A DNA stretch of 64,000 nucleotides from Clostridia bacterium (GTDB taxonomy: Bacteria > Bacillota > Clostridia > Oscillospirales > CAG-272). The stretch is taken from NCBI GenBank assembly GCA_017481225.1, contig JAFUPM010000026.1:8418-72417 (forward strand). Reading direction: 5' to 3'. The notes under the pieces are model-generated. The model made no database searches. It saw nothing but the letters and a program-made list of their open reading frames with translations, and was not told the DNA's origin. How positions within the stretch are numbered: position 1 is the first letter of the stretch; each line of letters opens with the position of its first letter. Made by a program: the position numbers and the translations under genes. This document shows positions 17,666 through 26,838 of this stretch, in pieces.

Positions 17666-18760
17666 TTGCTTAAATTTTGGTTGGAGAATGATAAATTGGA
17701 TAAAAAGAAAATTACACTAAAGGATATACTTCCTCTCATAATTCTCGGCGTGCTTGTATGCGCTGTGGTTGTGGCAATATTGCTAAGAGGGGAAAAGACG
17801 AAGCCCGAGAGCGTCAGCTACTACGGTCTCTTTGATACCGAGACCTCCTTCACCGATTATTCGGGTATGGACGGGGAGGAGTTCGGGGAGATTTGCGGCG
17901 AGTTATATGCGGCACTTGAGGGTTATCACAAGCTTTTTGATATTTACAACGAATATGACGGTTTAGTAAACCTTGCGGCAGTCAATAAAAATGCCGGCAA
18001 GGGGGCTGTTCGCGTACCCGAGGAGCTTGTTCGTTTGCTTGAATTCTCAAAGGAGATGTACACCCTCACGGGAGGGGAGGTAAACGTGGCTATGGGCGCT
18101 GTGCTTTCCCTTTGGCACGAGAGGCGCGAGGCTGTAAAAATGGGCGAAATTGGGACACTTCCCGACAGCGAGGCTTTAGCTCGGGCGGCAGAGCATTGCG
18201 ATATAGACAAGCTTATAGTTGACCCCGTCAATATGACGGTCGAGCTTACGGACGGAGAGATGTCCCTTGACGTGGGTGCTATTGCCAAGGGGTATGCTGT
18301 GGAGAGGCTTGCGGATATTCTCAAGGCTAAGGGCATCTCCGGCTTCGTTATTAACGTAGGAGGGAACCTTCGGGTTGTTGGAGAAAAGCCCTCGGGCGAG
18401 GGTTGGCTTGCAGGTATAGAGAACCCAAAGAGCGAGAACGGTCTGCCCTACGTTAAGGAAATGTATATATCCGACACCTCTTTCGTAACCTCGGGCGATT
18501 ATATGCGCTACCTTGAGGTTGACGGTGTCAGATATCATCATATAATAGATAAGGATACACTTATGCCGTCGGGCTACTTTTCCTCGGTCAGTATTCTGAC
18601 GGAGGACTCGGGGCTTGCAGATGCCCTTTCCACGGCTCTTTTCTCTATGAGTGTGGCGGAGGGAAGAGCGCTCGTCGAGAGCCTTTCGGGTGATAGACGG
18701 GTTGATACGGTTGTATGGGTTGGTCTTGACGGCGAGGTCACAACCTTTGAGGCGGAATAA
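17666..18760 (+). CDS. apbE: FAD:protein FMN transferase (ApbE family), membrane anchored
   Basis: An N-terminal TM helix is followed by GAIAKGYAV, TSGDY and HHIIDKDT motifs typical of ApbE. The start is uncertain: TTG 17666 in the track, or TTG 17696 with GGAG 9 nt upstream. Confidence 0.8.
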   Translation: MLKFWLENDKLDKKKITLKDILPLIILGVLVCAVVVAILLRGEKTKPESVSYYGLFDTETSFTDYSGMDGEEFGEICGELYAALEGYHKLFDIYNEYDGLVNLAAVNKNAGKGAVRVPEELVRLLEFSKEMYTLTGGEVNVAMGAVLSLWHERREAVKMGEIGTLPDSEALARAAEHCDIDKLIVDPVNMTVELTDGEMSLDVGAIAKGYAVERLADILKAKGISGFVINVGGNLRVVGEKPSGEGWLAGIENPKSENGLPYVKEMYISDTSFVTSGDYMRYLEVDGVRYHHIIDKDTLMPSGYFSSVSILTEDSGLADALSTALFSMSVAEGRALVESLSGDRRVDTVVWVGLDGEVTTFEAE

Positions 18761-18883
18761 ACTGCAAGGCTATATTTTTCTACAAAGAGTATTCAGGGCA
18801 GGGTATATCTTTGATACAAAGAGTATTCGCGGTGAGGTTATACCTTCAAGTTAGAGTAATAAAAAGTAAAAAAGGAGAGAAAA

Positions 18884-19951
18884 ATGTTTGATTTCGGGGA
18901 AATTACTCCCTCGGTGATTTTACGCGAGGGATACAGAGTAGAGGGTCTTGACAAAAGAATTACGCCCGTCTATATTTCGGGCGCAGACTATAAGGGTAAA
19001 GGGACGGAGATGTTCGCTTATCTCGGAATTCCCGACAGGGGAAGGGAGAAGTATCCCGTTATTTTGCTTATTCACGGCGGCGACGGGCGCGCCTACGAAA
19101 GGTGGACCACCGAGTGGGTTGACCGCGGCTTTATTGCCCTCGCCATAGACAATAACGGAAGATGCCAGACGGAAAACGGAATTGAGGATAATCCCTTAGG
19201 CGGACCTAAGGCTTGGACGCCCTGGCGCGAGGACCTCTCGGACACTGAGAACACCTGGGCTTACGTAAGCGTTAAAACTCTGCTTATGGCGGAGGGGCTG
19301 CTTGCATCGTTCCCTCTTGCCGATATGTCGAGGGTGTACTCCCACGGAATATCCTGGGGCGGCTACCTCTCCTACTTATACCTTGCGCACATAAATCTCG
19401 TAAGGCTCGGCTGCGTTTCCTATACCACGGCTTATATGGAGGATATACCCGAGTGGCAGAAGGGTGGCTTGACGCGAGCTTCTGCAGGAGAGGAAATTTA
19501 CAATCTGTGGGTGAATCGGTTTGATGCAAAGAGTTTTATTCCCTATATAAAAATTCCCACCGTCCTCGCAAGAGGTATGGAGGACAGATGCTTCCCGCCG
19601 AGAACAATTAACAAAACTCTGGAGCTTTTCGCTGACGGGGTAGTCACTATGGCGAATATTAAAAAGTACGTACACGGACAGATAAACGGCAGTAGTATGG
19701 TTGACGTAAACGGCAGAATTTGCGACGATGCGTATGGCGATACCGAGGCTCCCGACAGCTATAATTACTCGGTTATTTATACTCTTGAGTCGGGACCCGA
19801 CAGTCTGGATAAGGAGTGGCGTGAGCTGACTATATCGCGTGAGCAATACGAAGAGGGCTACCGCCCCGAGTGTGCCTCTTGGTACTATAACAAAATCTCC
19901 CCGAGAGGATACCTAGTATCAAGCCGTATATACGGAGAGGCGGCAGAGTAA
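18884..19951 (+). CDS. Alpha/beta hydrolase (acetyl esterase / dienelactone hydrolase-like)
   Basis: This 355-aa protein has an oxyanion-region HGGDG and the nucleophile elbow GISWGG (G-x-S-x-G). Confidence 0.6.
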   Translation: MFDFGEITPSVILREGYRVEGLDKRITPVYISGADYKGKGTEMFAYLGIPDRGREKYPVILLIHGGDGRAYERWTTEWVDRGFIALAIDNNGRCQTENGIEDNPLGGPKAWTPWREDLSDTENTWAYVSVKTLLMAEGLLASFPLADMSRVYSHGISWGGYLSYLYLAHINLVRLGCVSYTTAYMEDIPEWQKGGLTRASAGEEIYNLWVNRFDAKSFIPYIKIPTVLARGMEDRCFPPRTINKTLELFADGVVTMANIKKYVHGQINGSSMVDVNGRICDDAYGDTEAPDSYNYSVIYTLESGPDSLDKEWRELTISREQYEEGYRPECASWYYNKISPRGYLVSSRIYGEAAE

Positions 19952-20082
19952 GCTGAAGAGTAGAGAGGCGACACGGAGAGGGTGAAGCTTGCTATAGTGA
20001 AGAGCTGTGACTTCTGCTTGAAGCTGTAGAAGTGGCTTTGCGGCAGGTGAGCTCCCCGACGATAGAAGGGTTGAGCCGCAGG

Positions 20083-20183
20083 TTGAAGATTTGCAAAGAC
20101 GCGGCATATTTACTCGAAGCTTTGTCAAGACGTGGCGGCAGATTATACTTGAAGCTTTGTCAAGACGTTTTGGCAGATTATAC
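20083..20183. repeat. Three tandem 31-35-nt direct repeats (ttgaagctttgtcaagacg..ggcagattatac)
   Basis: The copies lie at 20083-20113, 20114-20148 and 20149-20183. They are intergenic. Confidence 0.7.
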
Positions 20184-20317
20184 TCGGTAAGAACAAATAA
20201 TATGCAGTTAACATATCGCAAATAAAAACATAATGGGCAGAAATTCCGCACGAAAATCGGAGTTTTTGCCCATTTTTGCAATGTTCGGTTTACATTTACA
20301 GCATTTTACAAGGCTCA

Positions 20318-20351
20318 TTCGACAAAATTATATCTCGTGTTTCGCTATAAT
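20318..20351 (+). promoter_or_regulatory. Candidate Spo0A box (TTCGACA, the complement of TGTCGAA) plus a TATAAT -10 upstream of spoIIE
   Basis: The 0A-box heptamer lies at 20318-20324 and TATAAT at 20346-20351, 36 nt before the spoIIE ATG. Confidence 0.35.
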
Positions 20352-20386
20352 TTAATTAAAAACTTACGAGAGAAGGAGCTTGTAAA

Positions 20387-22807
20387 ATGGATAAATTAAA
20401 GGATAAAGAAATACTCGAGGATAAAGAGGATAGCCAAAGCCCGAAGGGGACCCATGGTATACTCGGCTTTGTGCAGGGTGTGCTTCGGGGAAGGGAGGTC
20501 GGTGACCGCACCGACATTCTCATAAAGCTTGTTATGTTCACCCTCGGAGTTCTGTTCTCAAGGTGCCACGTGGCGTTCGGTGCAAGGCCTCTCGGGCTTG
20601 CTCTTGTTGCACTTTTGCCCTTCGGTGTCTGGACCGTGGGGGCAGGCTGTGCCATAGGCGCCCTGACCCTTGGAGGTGAGGGTATTGTGTACGCCCTGTC
20701 CGCAGCCCTCGTCGCGTTTATCAGAGTTATAATATCGGGTGGAAAAGAGAAAGAGGGACTATTCTGCGAGGGCATAGGCGCGCGAATGTCCGCCTCGGTT
20801 ATCGGCGGCTTTGTGGTCGCGGCTTACGAGGTTTTGCTCACGGGCTTTTCATTAACGACGGTGCTGTTTGGGCTTGCTATGGTGCTGATGCCTCCTGCTA
20901 CTACCTTTTTGCTTTCCGGGCTTTTCGGCTCGGGAATTGACCTTTCGGCACTGCTTGTGGAGAACAAAAACGTTCTGTCGCTTAAGGGTAAGCGTGACGG
21001 TGAGAGGTATAACGTCATTATGTTTTCACTCTCGCTGCTTTCGCTTCTGTTTTTCGTTACGCTTTCCCTGTCTGAGCTTGTTATATTCGGAATATCGGCG
21101 GCGCATATTTTCGTGTCCTTCATCACCTTGATTGTGGCGAAGCGCTTCGGACCTTACCGCGCCCTGGCGGTTGGATTTGTGTCCTCTCTCGGCGTTTCGG
21201 GAGTTTATTCGGTTGCCTTCGGACTTGCAGGCCTTGGCGCAGGACTTGTGTTTAACTTTGGCGTGATTTACGCATTGGTGCTTGGAGGCGTTCTGCTCTC
21301 TGCGTGGAGTGGCTATACCGCAGGGCTTGAGGGATTTCTTTCGACCCTCCCCGAGTACCTTATTGCCGCAACACTTGCGGCACCTCTGTGCAGGGGCATA
21401 GCGAAGGAGAAAAGCCCCGAGGAGTGCGTTGCAACCGTGGAAAGCGCGAAGGATATGGTGGGCTCTGCGGCTCTGAAATACCGCAACAGAAGGGGTGCGT
21501 CGCTTAACTCCCTTGAGGCATCCTTGACCTCTCTTTCGGGACTTATAGAAAACTATTCGCGCTCACATCTTCCCTTAACTCACGAGGAGTACAGAGGGCT
21601 TGTGGTGGATATTGCCGACGCTCATTGCCGCACCTGTCCGACCTTGAAGCTGTGTATGGCTGAGGATATCCGCCCCTGCCTGCGCTCGGCGGACGCGGTT
21701 GCTGAAAAGCTTCGGCGCGGAGAGAAGATTATCCCTGCAGACATAAACACCGCCACCGAATTTTGCGAGAGGGCAGAGGAGGTAGCCGCGGCAATAATAC
21801 GGGAGGCGGCGCGCGCGGAGCATGAAAACTTCAAGAAAAAGGACGGCGACTCAACTGCCGAGGAGTACGGACTTATTGCCAAGCTCATAGGAGAGGCGAG
21901 GTCCAGGGACGAGGCTGACCACCTTACCGACGACGCAGCTTGCGAGCCTATTTGCGAGGTTATGCGCAACTTCGGCATTGACGACGGCGTGGCGAGGGTG
22001 TTCGGCACGAGGAAGAAGCATTTAATACTTGCCTGCGAGGACGAGGACGGAAAAAGGATAAGCTCAAAGGAGCTGAGGCTTGGTATCGAGTCTATACTGG
22101 GTATGAAGCTCGGTACGCCCGAATTTTACAGAAACGGTAAAATGGCGCTTATGGAGTGCGATAGCAGAAGAATGTTCGCCGTGGAGTGCGCCAGCGGAAA
22201 AATTGCAGGAGACGAGAGAGAAATTTCGGGCGACAGCGTCCTTATGTTCGAGTCCTCCGACGATAGATTTTTCGCCCTTATGTCCGACGGAATGGGCAGA
22301 GGAGACGCGGCGAAGGATACCTCGGAGTTTGCCGTATCCTTCCTTGAGAGAGCCCTGGATTTCGGCGCATCGAAGGACACTGTAATGCATCTTCTTAACC
22401 ACTCTATGAGGCGTAGGTCGGAGGAATGCTCCGCGACTCTTGACCTCTTCGAGCTTGACCTGATAACCGGCGAGGCGACCTTCGTAAAAAGCGGCTCTGC
22501 TCCCTCCTTTGTGAAAAGAGACTCCTCAATTTTCCGCATAAAATCTCAAACCGCGCCCATAGGGCTTATGAAAAATATTGACAGCGAGAGAATAAGAGTT
22601 GAGGTTAAGGGAGAGGACTATATTATTATGCTCTCGGACGGCGTCGTGGAGTGCGCGGAGGATTCGCCCTGGCTTTTAGAGCTTCTCGCGAAGCCGCCGA
22701 AAAAGAGCTTGAAGGAATACGCCGACCATATACTCACCGAGGCTGTGCGTAACTCGCGCTCAAGAGACGATATGTCTGTAATCGTGGCGAAGATTACAAG
22801 AATTTAA
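20387..22807 (+). CDS. spoIIE: Stage II sporulation protein E (membrane PP2C phosphatase)
   Basis: This 806-aa protein has ~10 N-terminal TM helices, a central linker and a C-terminal PP2C domain (GDS..FALMSDGMGRG...IMLSDGV..DDMSVIV). Confidence 0.9.
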   Translation: MDKLKDKEILEDKEDSQSPKGTHGILGFVQGVLRGREVGDRTDILIKLVMFTLGVLFSRCHVAFGARPLGLALVALLPFGVWTVGAGCAIGALTLGGEGIVYALSAALVAFIRVIISGGKEKEGLFCEGIGARMSASVIGGFVVAAYEVLLTGFSLTTVLFGLAMVLMPPATTFLLSGLFGSGIDLSALLVENKNVLSLKGKRDGERYNVIMFSLSLLSLLFFVTLSLSELVIFGISAAHIFVSFITLIVAKRFGPYRALAVGFVSSLGVSGVYSVAFGLAGLGAGLVFNFGVIYALVLGGVLLSAWSGYTAGLEGFLSTLPEYLIAATLAAPLCRGIAKEKSPEECVATVESAKDMVGSAALKYRNRRGASLNSLEASLTSLSGLIENYSRSHLPLTHEEYRGLVVDIADAHCRTCPTLKLCMAEDIRPCLRSADAVAEKLRRGEKIIPADINTATEFCERAEEVAAAIIREAARAEHENFKKKDGDSTAEEYGLIAKLIGEARSRDEADHLTDDAACEPICEVMRNFGIDDGVARVFGTRKKHLILACEDEDGKRISSKELRLGIESILGMKLGTPEFYRNGKMALMECDSRRMFAVECASGKIAGDEREISGDSVLMFESSDDRFFALMSDGMGRGDAAKDTSEFAVSFLERALDFGASKDTVMHLLNHSMRRRSEECSATLDLFELDLITGEATFVKSGSAPSFVKRDSSIFRIKSQTAPIGLMKNIDSERIRVEVKGEDYIIMLSDGVVECAEDSPWLLELLAKPPKKSLKEYADHILTEAVRNSRSRDDMSVIVAKITRI

Positions 22808-22898
22808 AGTATCATAAGGCGCGCTTTGTGCATAGAATGTAGTAGCGGACAGTCGCGAAAGCTTTGCCGACTGCACATAAACAAGAGGTGTAACATAA

Positions 22899-22988
22899 AT
22901 GAAAATTGTCATAGTTCGCTCGCCGAAGGTGTTAAGATATATCCTTTCAAAGATTTTTAACGTAAGCCTTGAAAAAAGCGAAAAATAG
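22899..22988 (+). CDS. spoVM: 29-aa micro-ORF resembling SpoVM (not in the ORF track)
   Basis: The sequence MKIVIVRSPKVLRYILSKIFNVSLEKSEK can be compared with B. subtilis SpoVM MKFYTIKLPKFLGGIVRAMLGSFRKD. An AGAGGTG RBS lies 8 nt upstream. A sigma-E-like ATCATAAG-N12-CATAGAAT lies at 22811-22838, and a terminator follows at 23088-23124. Confidence 0.5.
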   Translation: MKIVIVRSPKVLRYILSKIFNVSLEKSEK

Positions 22989-23087
22989 CTAAAATGTAAA
23001 CAATAGTTATAAAAACAAAAGAAAAAGCCACCCGAAAGGACTGACTTCGTCGGGCGGCTTTAACAAAAAAATGTAAAATTTAAACAA

Positions 23088-23124
23088 GGTAGGAGCGCCC
23101 TCGTTCGGTACTCCTACCCTTTTT
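23088..23124 (+). terminator. Intrinsic terminator after the spoVM-like ORF
   Basis: The stem ggtaggag (23088-23095) / ctcctacc (23111-23118) is followed by CTTTTT. A second hairpin at 23025-23060 is oriented for the minus-strand operon. Confidence 0.65.
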
Positions 23125-23165
23125 GCGTATTGAAGTTCGCGTTTGTATATTGGGTGTGATGAGAA

Positions 23166-23498
23166 TTACCGCATATATACTATGCGGTAGGGCTTGCCTA
23201 TTTCCTTGCAGTAATTGAGGACGAACCAGGTGCCTCTGGACTCTCCGTCCCAGAAGGCGACGACGTAGTCCGCGTAATTAACGATTTCCTTGTTGCGAAC
23301 AAGGGGAGCCCGCTTGCCCCAAAGGCTGTAGTCGGGCAGAAACTCCGTCAGCTTAAGTCCCATATCTTTTGCGTAGTTTGCGGCGCATGTGTCGACACCT
23401 CTTGCCCCTCCCGAGACTATCTCGGTACAGCCGGCGGGGAGGTGGCTGCCTATATCGGATACGTATATGCTGCGCGAGCCTATAACTGCAACCTTCAT
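23166..23498 (-). CDS. DUF2493 / SLOG-family protein (DprA/LOG-like Rossmann fold)
   Basis: I prefer the start MKVAVIGSRS at 23498, which has a GGAGAA RBS. The pattern GGARGVD..A..YA...G......DYSLWGKRAPLVRNKEIV..AD.VVAFWDG.SRGT is typical of DUF2493. Confidence 0.7.
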   Translation of the reverse strand: MKVAVIGSRSIYVSDIGSHLPAGCTEIVSGGARGVDTCAANYAKDMGLKLTEFLPDYSLWGKRAPLVRNKEIVNYADYVVAFWDGESRGTWFVLNYCKEIGKPYRIVYMR

Positions 23499-23514
23499 AG
23501 CTTTTCTCCTTTTT

Positions 23515-24966
23515 TTACTGTGGTTTTGGTGCTTTGAGCGCGACGGTGAAGATTGCGCCCTTGGGTAGGTTGTCCGAAACCGCAACTCTGCCGCCCTCGA
23601 CCTCTATTATCTGCTTGACCAAGGCAAGACCTAAGCCGTTGCCCTCGGCTTTGTGGGAGGAGTCGGTCTGATAGAAGCGGTCAAAGACGTGAAGCTTCGC
23701 CTCGGGAGACACTCCCTCGCCCTCGTCGGAAACCGAGAAAATCAGCTCCTCTCCCACCTTGGAAAGAGTAATTCTTATACAGCCTCCGTGAGGTCCGAAT
23801 TTAATGGCGTTTTCAATAAGATTGTTCCATACGTGGAAGGTGAGAGCCTCGTTTCCCTCGTAGAGAAGCTCGTCCATTTCGACGTCGAATTCACATTCCT
23901 TCTCGGTCCACCTTGGCTCAAGGGAAAGTATTGACTGCCGTATTTGCTCGTCGAGACGGAAGAGAGATTTTCTGTCGGGTATGCCCTGGTTATCCACCTT
24001 CGACAGAAGCAAAATGTTGCCGACGAGGGTGGAGAGCCTATTCGTGTTGAGGAGTATTTTGTTTATATATTCCGCCTGCTCGGGCGAGGTGCCCTCGCTG
24101 CCGCCGAGGAGAGTAGCATAGCCCTCTATGGCGGTTATGGGAGTTTTGAATTCGTGGGAGACGTTGGAAACGAAATTCGTCTGTAATATTTCCGTAGCCT
24201 CAAGCTCCTCTACCATTGAGTTGAAGTCTCTGCTGATACGGCGAAGCTCGGTAAATCCGCGGTCCGTATCCAGCCTTACGGAAAAGTCTCCACCCGCAAC
24301 CTTCTTTATTGATGCGCCGAGGGTGAGAATGGGCGCGGAGAAGAAGCGAATAAGGAACACGGTTGTGGCAATACCCAAAATTACGCTGATACCCACGAGC
24401 CATACCAGGTCGTGGACGTTGCGCGAGCCATCGAACACCGTGTGAATAAGCTCGAGAATACCCGAGGAGCCTGCGACGATTATCAGCACCTCCGCCATAA
24501 TGAGAAGGGCGAAAAAGGTGGTAAGGCTAAGGGTGCGGCTTATGGGCTTTTCGCTATTTTTCTTTTTCGGCGTCGGCGCCTTTACTATTTCCTTAAGCCT
24601 TGCAACGCCAAGCGACCAGGCGGAGCTTATGCGGTCTGCGAACCTCTCGGCAATGGCGCGGTCGCGGTTTTTGTCATCACTCTTGGCTGTGTGTGTGAGA
24701 GTGCTGTCTATGGCTGATGGCTCCACTTCGGTTGTGCCTTTGCGGCTACCGCCAAAATTCGTTTGCTCGGGTTCTGTATTAGCTGCGGGAGTACCGTCGG
24801 CGTCCGTAGACTTATCTTCGGATATGTCCGTGGCGGTGTCCGCGGATTTCGCTTGCTTGAAATTAGTTACAGACGCGGCGGTGTCCGCGGAGCTCGCTTG
24901 CTCTGTATCCGTGTTCTTAAGCCTACTTTCCGCCTCTGTCGGCTCTGTGGGGTGGATTTTCGTCAT
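23515..24966 (-). CDS. Sensor histidine kinase (HAMP-HisKA-HATPase_c) with a ~140-aa low-complexity N-terminal extension
   Basis: The H-box SHEFKTP, an N-box (NLIENAIKF), a G-box (GNGLGLALV) and two TM helices are present. The start overlaps the response-regulator stop by 4 nt. Confidence 0.85.
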   Translation of the reverse strand: MTKIHPTEPTEAESRLKNTDTEQASSADTAASVTNFKQAKSADTATDISEDKSTDADGTPAANTEPEQTNFGGSRKGTTEVEPSAIDSTLTHTAKSDDKNRDRAIAERFADRISSAWSLGVARLKEIVKAPTPKKKNSEKPISRTLSLTTFFALLIMAEVLIIVAGSSGILELIHTVFDGSRNVHDLVWLVGISVILGIATTVFLIRFFSAPILTLGASIKKVAGGDFSVRLDTDRGFTELRRISRDFNSMVEELEATEILQTNFVSNVSHEFKTPITAIEGYATLLGGSEGTSPEQAEYINKILLNTNRLSTLVGNILLLSKVDNQGIPDRKSLFRLDEQIRQSILSLEPRWTEKECEFDVEMDELLYEGNEALTFHVWNNLIENAIKFGPHGGCIRITLSKVGEELIFSVSDEGEGVSPEAKLHVFDRFYQTDSSHKAEGNGLGLALVKQIIEVEGGRVAVSDNLPKGAIFTVALKAPKPQ

Positions 24967-25634
24967 AGCTTCACCACCTTGTATCCAACGCCGCGCATTG
25001 TGATAATTTTAAAGTCGCGGCTGTCGCGGAATCTGTCGCGGAGTCTGCCTATATGCACGTCAACGGTGTGGGTGTCGCTCTCGGTGTCGTAGCCCCAGAT
25101 TTCGTCCATCAGCTGTTGACGGGTGAAGATTTTACCCGGGAAGGACGCCATTTTATAAAGGAGCATAAACTCCTTCTGCGGCAGGACCTGGGAGCCCTCC
25201 TCGGTTATAACGGTAAGGGAGTCGCACTCCATAACCGTGTTTCCCACAACCTGGCGGCGGTCGTTAATCATCTGCGCGCGGCGAAGCAGTGCGCCGACAC
25301 GAAGGACCATCTCGTTTACGTTTATGGGCTTGACCATATAGTCGTCAACCCCTGCCAAAAAGCCGCGGCGCATATCGTCAAAGGAGTCTCTGGCGGTTAT
25401 CATAAGCATAGGAGTCATATTGCCCGCGTCGCGAAGGGACCTTGCAAGCTCGTATCCGTCAAGGCGCGGCATCATAATATCCGAGATAATAAGGTCAAAG
25501 TAATCACCGTCAAGGGCGGCAAGAGCCTCCTCTCCGTCGGATACGCCCTTCACGGAGTAGCCCTCTCTTGCAAGGATGTGAGTAAATAGCTGTCTTAGCT
25601 CCTTGTCGTCCTCTGCTATAAGTATCTTTAACAT
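24963..25634 (-). CDS. OmpR-family response regulator
   Basis: The receiver domain (ILIAEDD..DLIISDIMMP..K) is followed by a winged-helix output (VDVHIGRLRDRF..I.TMRGVGYK). Confidence 0.9.
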   Translation of the reverse strand: MLKILIAEDDKELRQLFTHILAREGYSVKGVSDGEEALAALDGDYFDLIISDIMMPRLDGYELARSLRDAGNMTPMLMITARDSFDDMRRGFLAGVDDYMVKPINVNEMVLRVGALLRRAQMINDRRQVVGNTVMECDSLTVITEEGSQVLPQKEFMLLYKMASFPGKIFTRQQLMDEIWGYDTESDTHTVDVHIGRLRDRFRDSRDFKIITMRGVGYKVVKL

Positions 25635-25736
25635 TTATTTTTCCTCGCTAAAAGCTGTAATATGTAAAGTAAAGGTTGCAAAAAGCGGAAAAATCGGAGT
25701 GATTAAATGGGTTTTAGCTTTTTGTTTTTTGTAAAA

Positions 25737-26621
25737 TTAAAACTGTCTTATAGGCTTGATGGCAAGCCCGTCCTCAAACTTTCGAACCTCGCCGAGAGCG
25801 AAAAAGCCGTCCTTATCGGAGAGCCTTATAAGCTCGCCGCACTCCGCCGTTTCCTTAATTTTGTGAAGGTAAATTTCAAGCCCGCACTTTGCAAGCCTTG
25901 CAAAAAAGTCGGAGAGGGTAACTCTTCTGTATTTTTCAAAAATTCTCTCGGTTGGAAGCACGGCGCGAAGCCTTTCCTCTTTGCTCATACCTTCAAGCTC
26001 CGAGAGGGTGTAGGCGTCCTTCAGAGTAAAGCCCGACGCCTCGGCGCGGATAAGAGATTTCATAACTCCACCGACACCGAGCCGCGCGCCAATGTCGGCG
26101 CAAAGGGTGCGGATATAGGTTCCCTTGGAGCATTTGACGTCCAGGGTATATTCTCTCTCGGATATCCTCTCTGCCAGAATGGAGAAAATCTCAACCCGTC
26201 TTGCCTCTCGCTCAATAACCACGCCCTCTCTTGCAAGGTCACAGAGCTTTTTGCCTCCCACCTTAAGGGCGGAGTACATAGGCGGTGTCTGGTAGTATTC
26301 TCCGACGAAGGACTCTATTGCCGCCATTACCTCCGCTTCGCTTGGAACGGTGTCGCAGCTTGTGAGGGGTGACCCCATAATATCCTCCGTGTCGGTTGTC
26401 AGCCCTAAGAGAAGTGTTGCTATATAGTGCTTATCCGAGGTGAGCATAAACTCGCTTGCTTTAACTCCCCTTTCGAGCAGGACGGGCAGAACGCCCGTAG
26501 CCATAGGGTCGAGGGTTCCCGTATGCCCCGCCTTCTTTACACCGAGCAGTCTTTTCACGCGGGAGACTGTGGCTTGGGAGGTGAGCCCCTCCTCTTTATT
26601 GATGATTATAAGACCGTTCAT
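25737..26621 (-). CDS. truB: tRNA pseudouridine(55) synthase
   Basis: I prefer the start MNGLIIINKEEGLTSQ at 26621, which has a GAGGGGAG RBS. The catalytic GHTGTLDPMATGVLPV motif is present. Confidence 0.9.
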   Translation of the reverse strand: MNGLIIINKEEGLTSQATVSRVKRLLGVKKAGHTGTLDPMATGVLPVLLERGVKASEFMLTSDKHYIATLLLGLTTDTEDIMGSPLTSCDTVPSEAEVMAAIESFVGEYYQTPPMYSALKVGGKKLCDLAREGVVIEREARRVEIFSILAERISEREYTLDVKCSKGTYIRTLCADIGARLGVGGVMKSLIRAEASGFTLKDAYTLSELEGMSKEERLRAVLPTERIFEKYRRVTLSDFFARLAKCGLEIYLHKIKETAECGELIRLSDKDGFFALGEVRKFEDGLAIKPIRQF

Positions 26622-26838
26622 CGGTATCTCCCCTCTTTGTCTATCGTACTTTTCGGTGTTTTGTACCGTTTTTTTAAGACTTTCGCATCTAAGATAGTAT
26701 TTTACCACAAAAAATAAACAATTTCAATAAACCACTTGTAAATATAGAAAAAATATGTTAAAATACACTCATTCAAAAGCACCGGGGCAAATTCCCATGT
26801 CTCAGGGTGCCACGAGGACTGTAAGAAAGGAAAAAATT

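Noticed and set aside
26709-26838. A possible riboswitch upstream of the ACT/UPF0210 operon (stem gcacc...ggtgc around 26779-26810).
   Set aside because: There is only one short stem and no resemblance to a known class that I can verify. The track ORF start at 26755 is better explained by the downstream ATG at 26839 with its own RBS.
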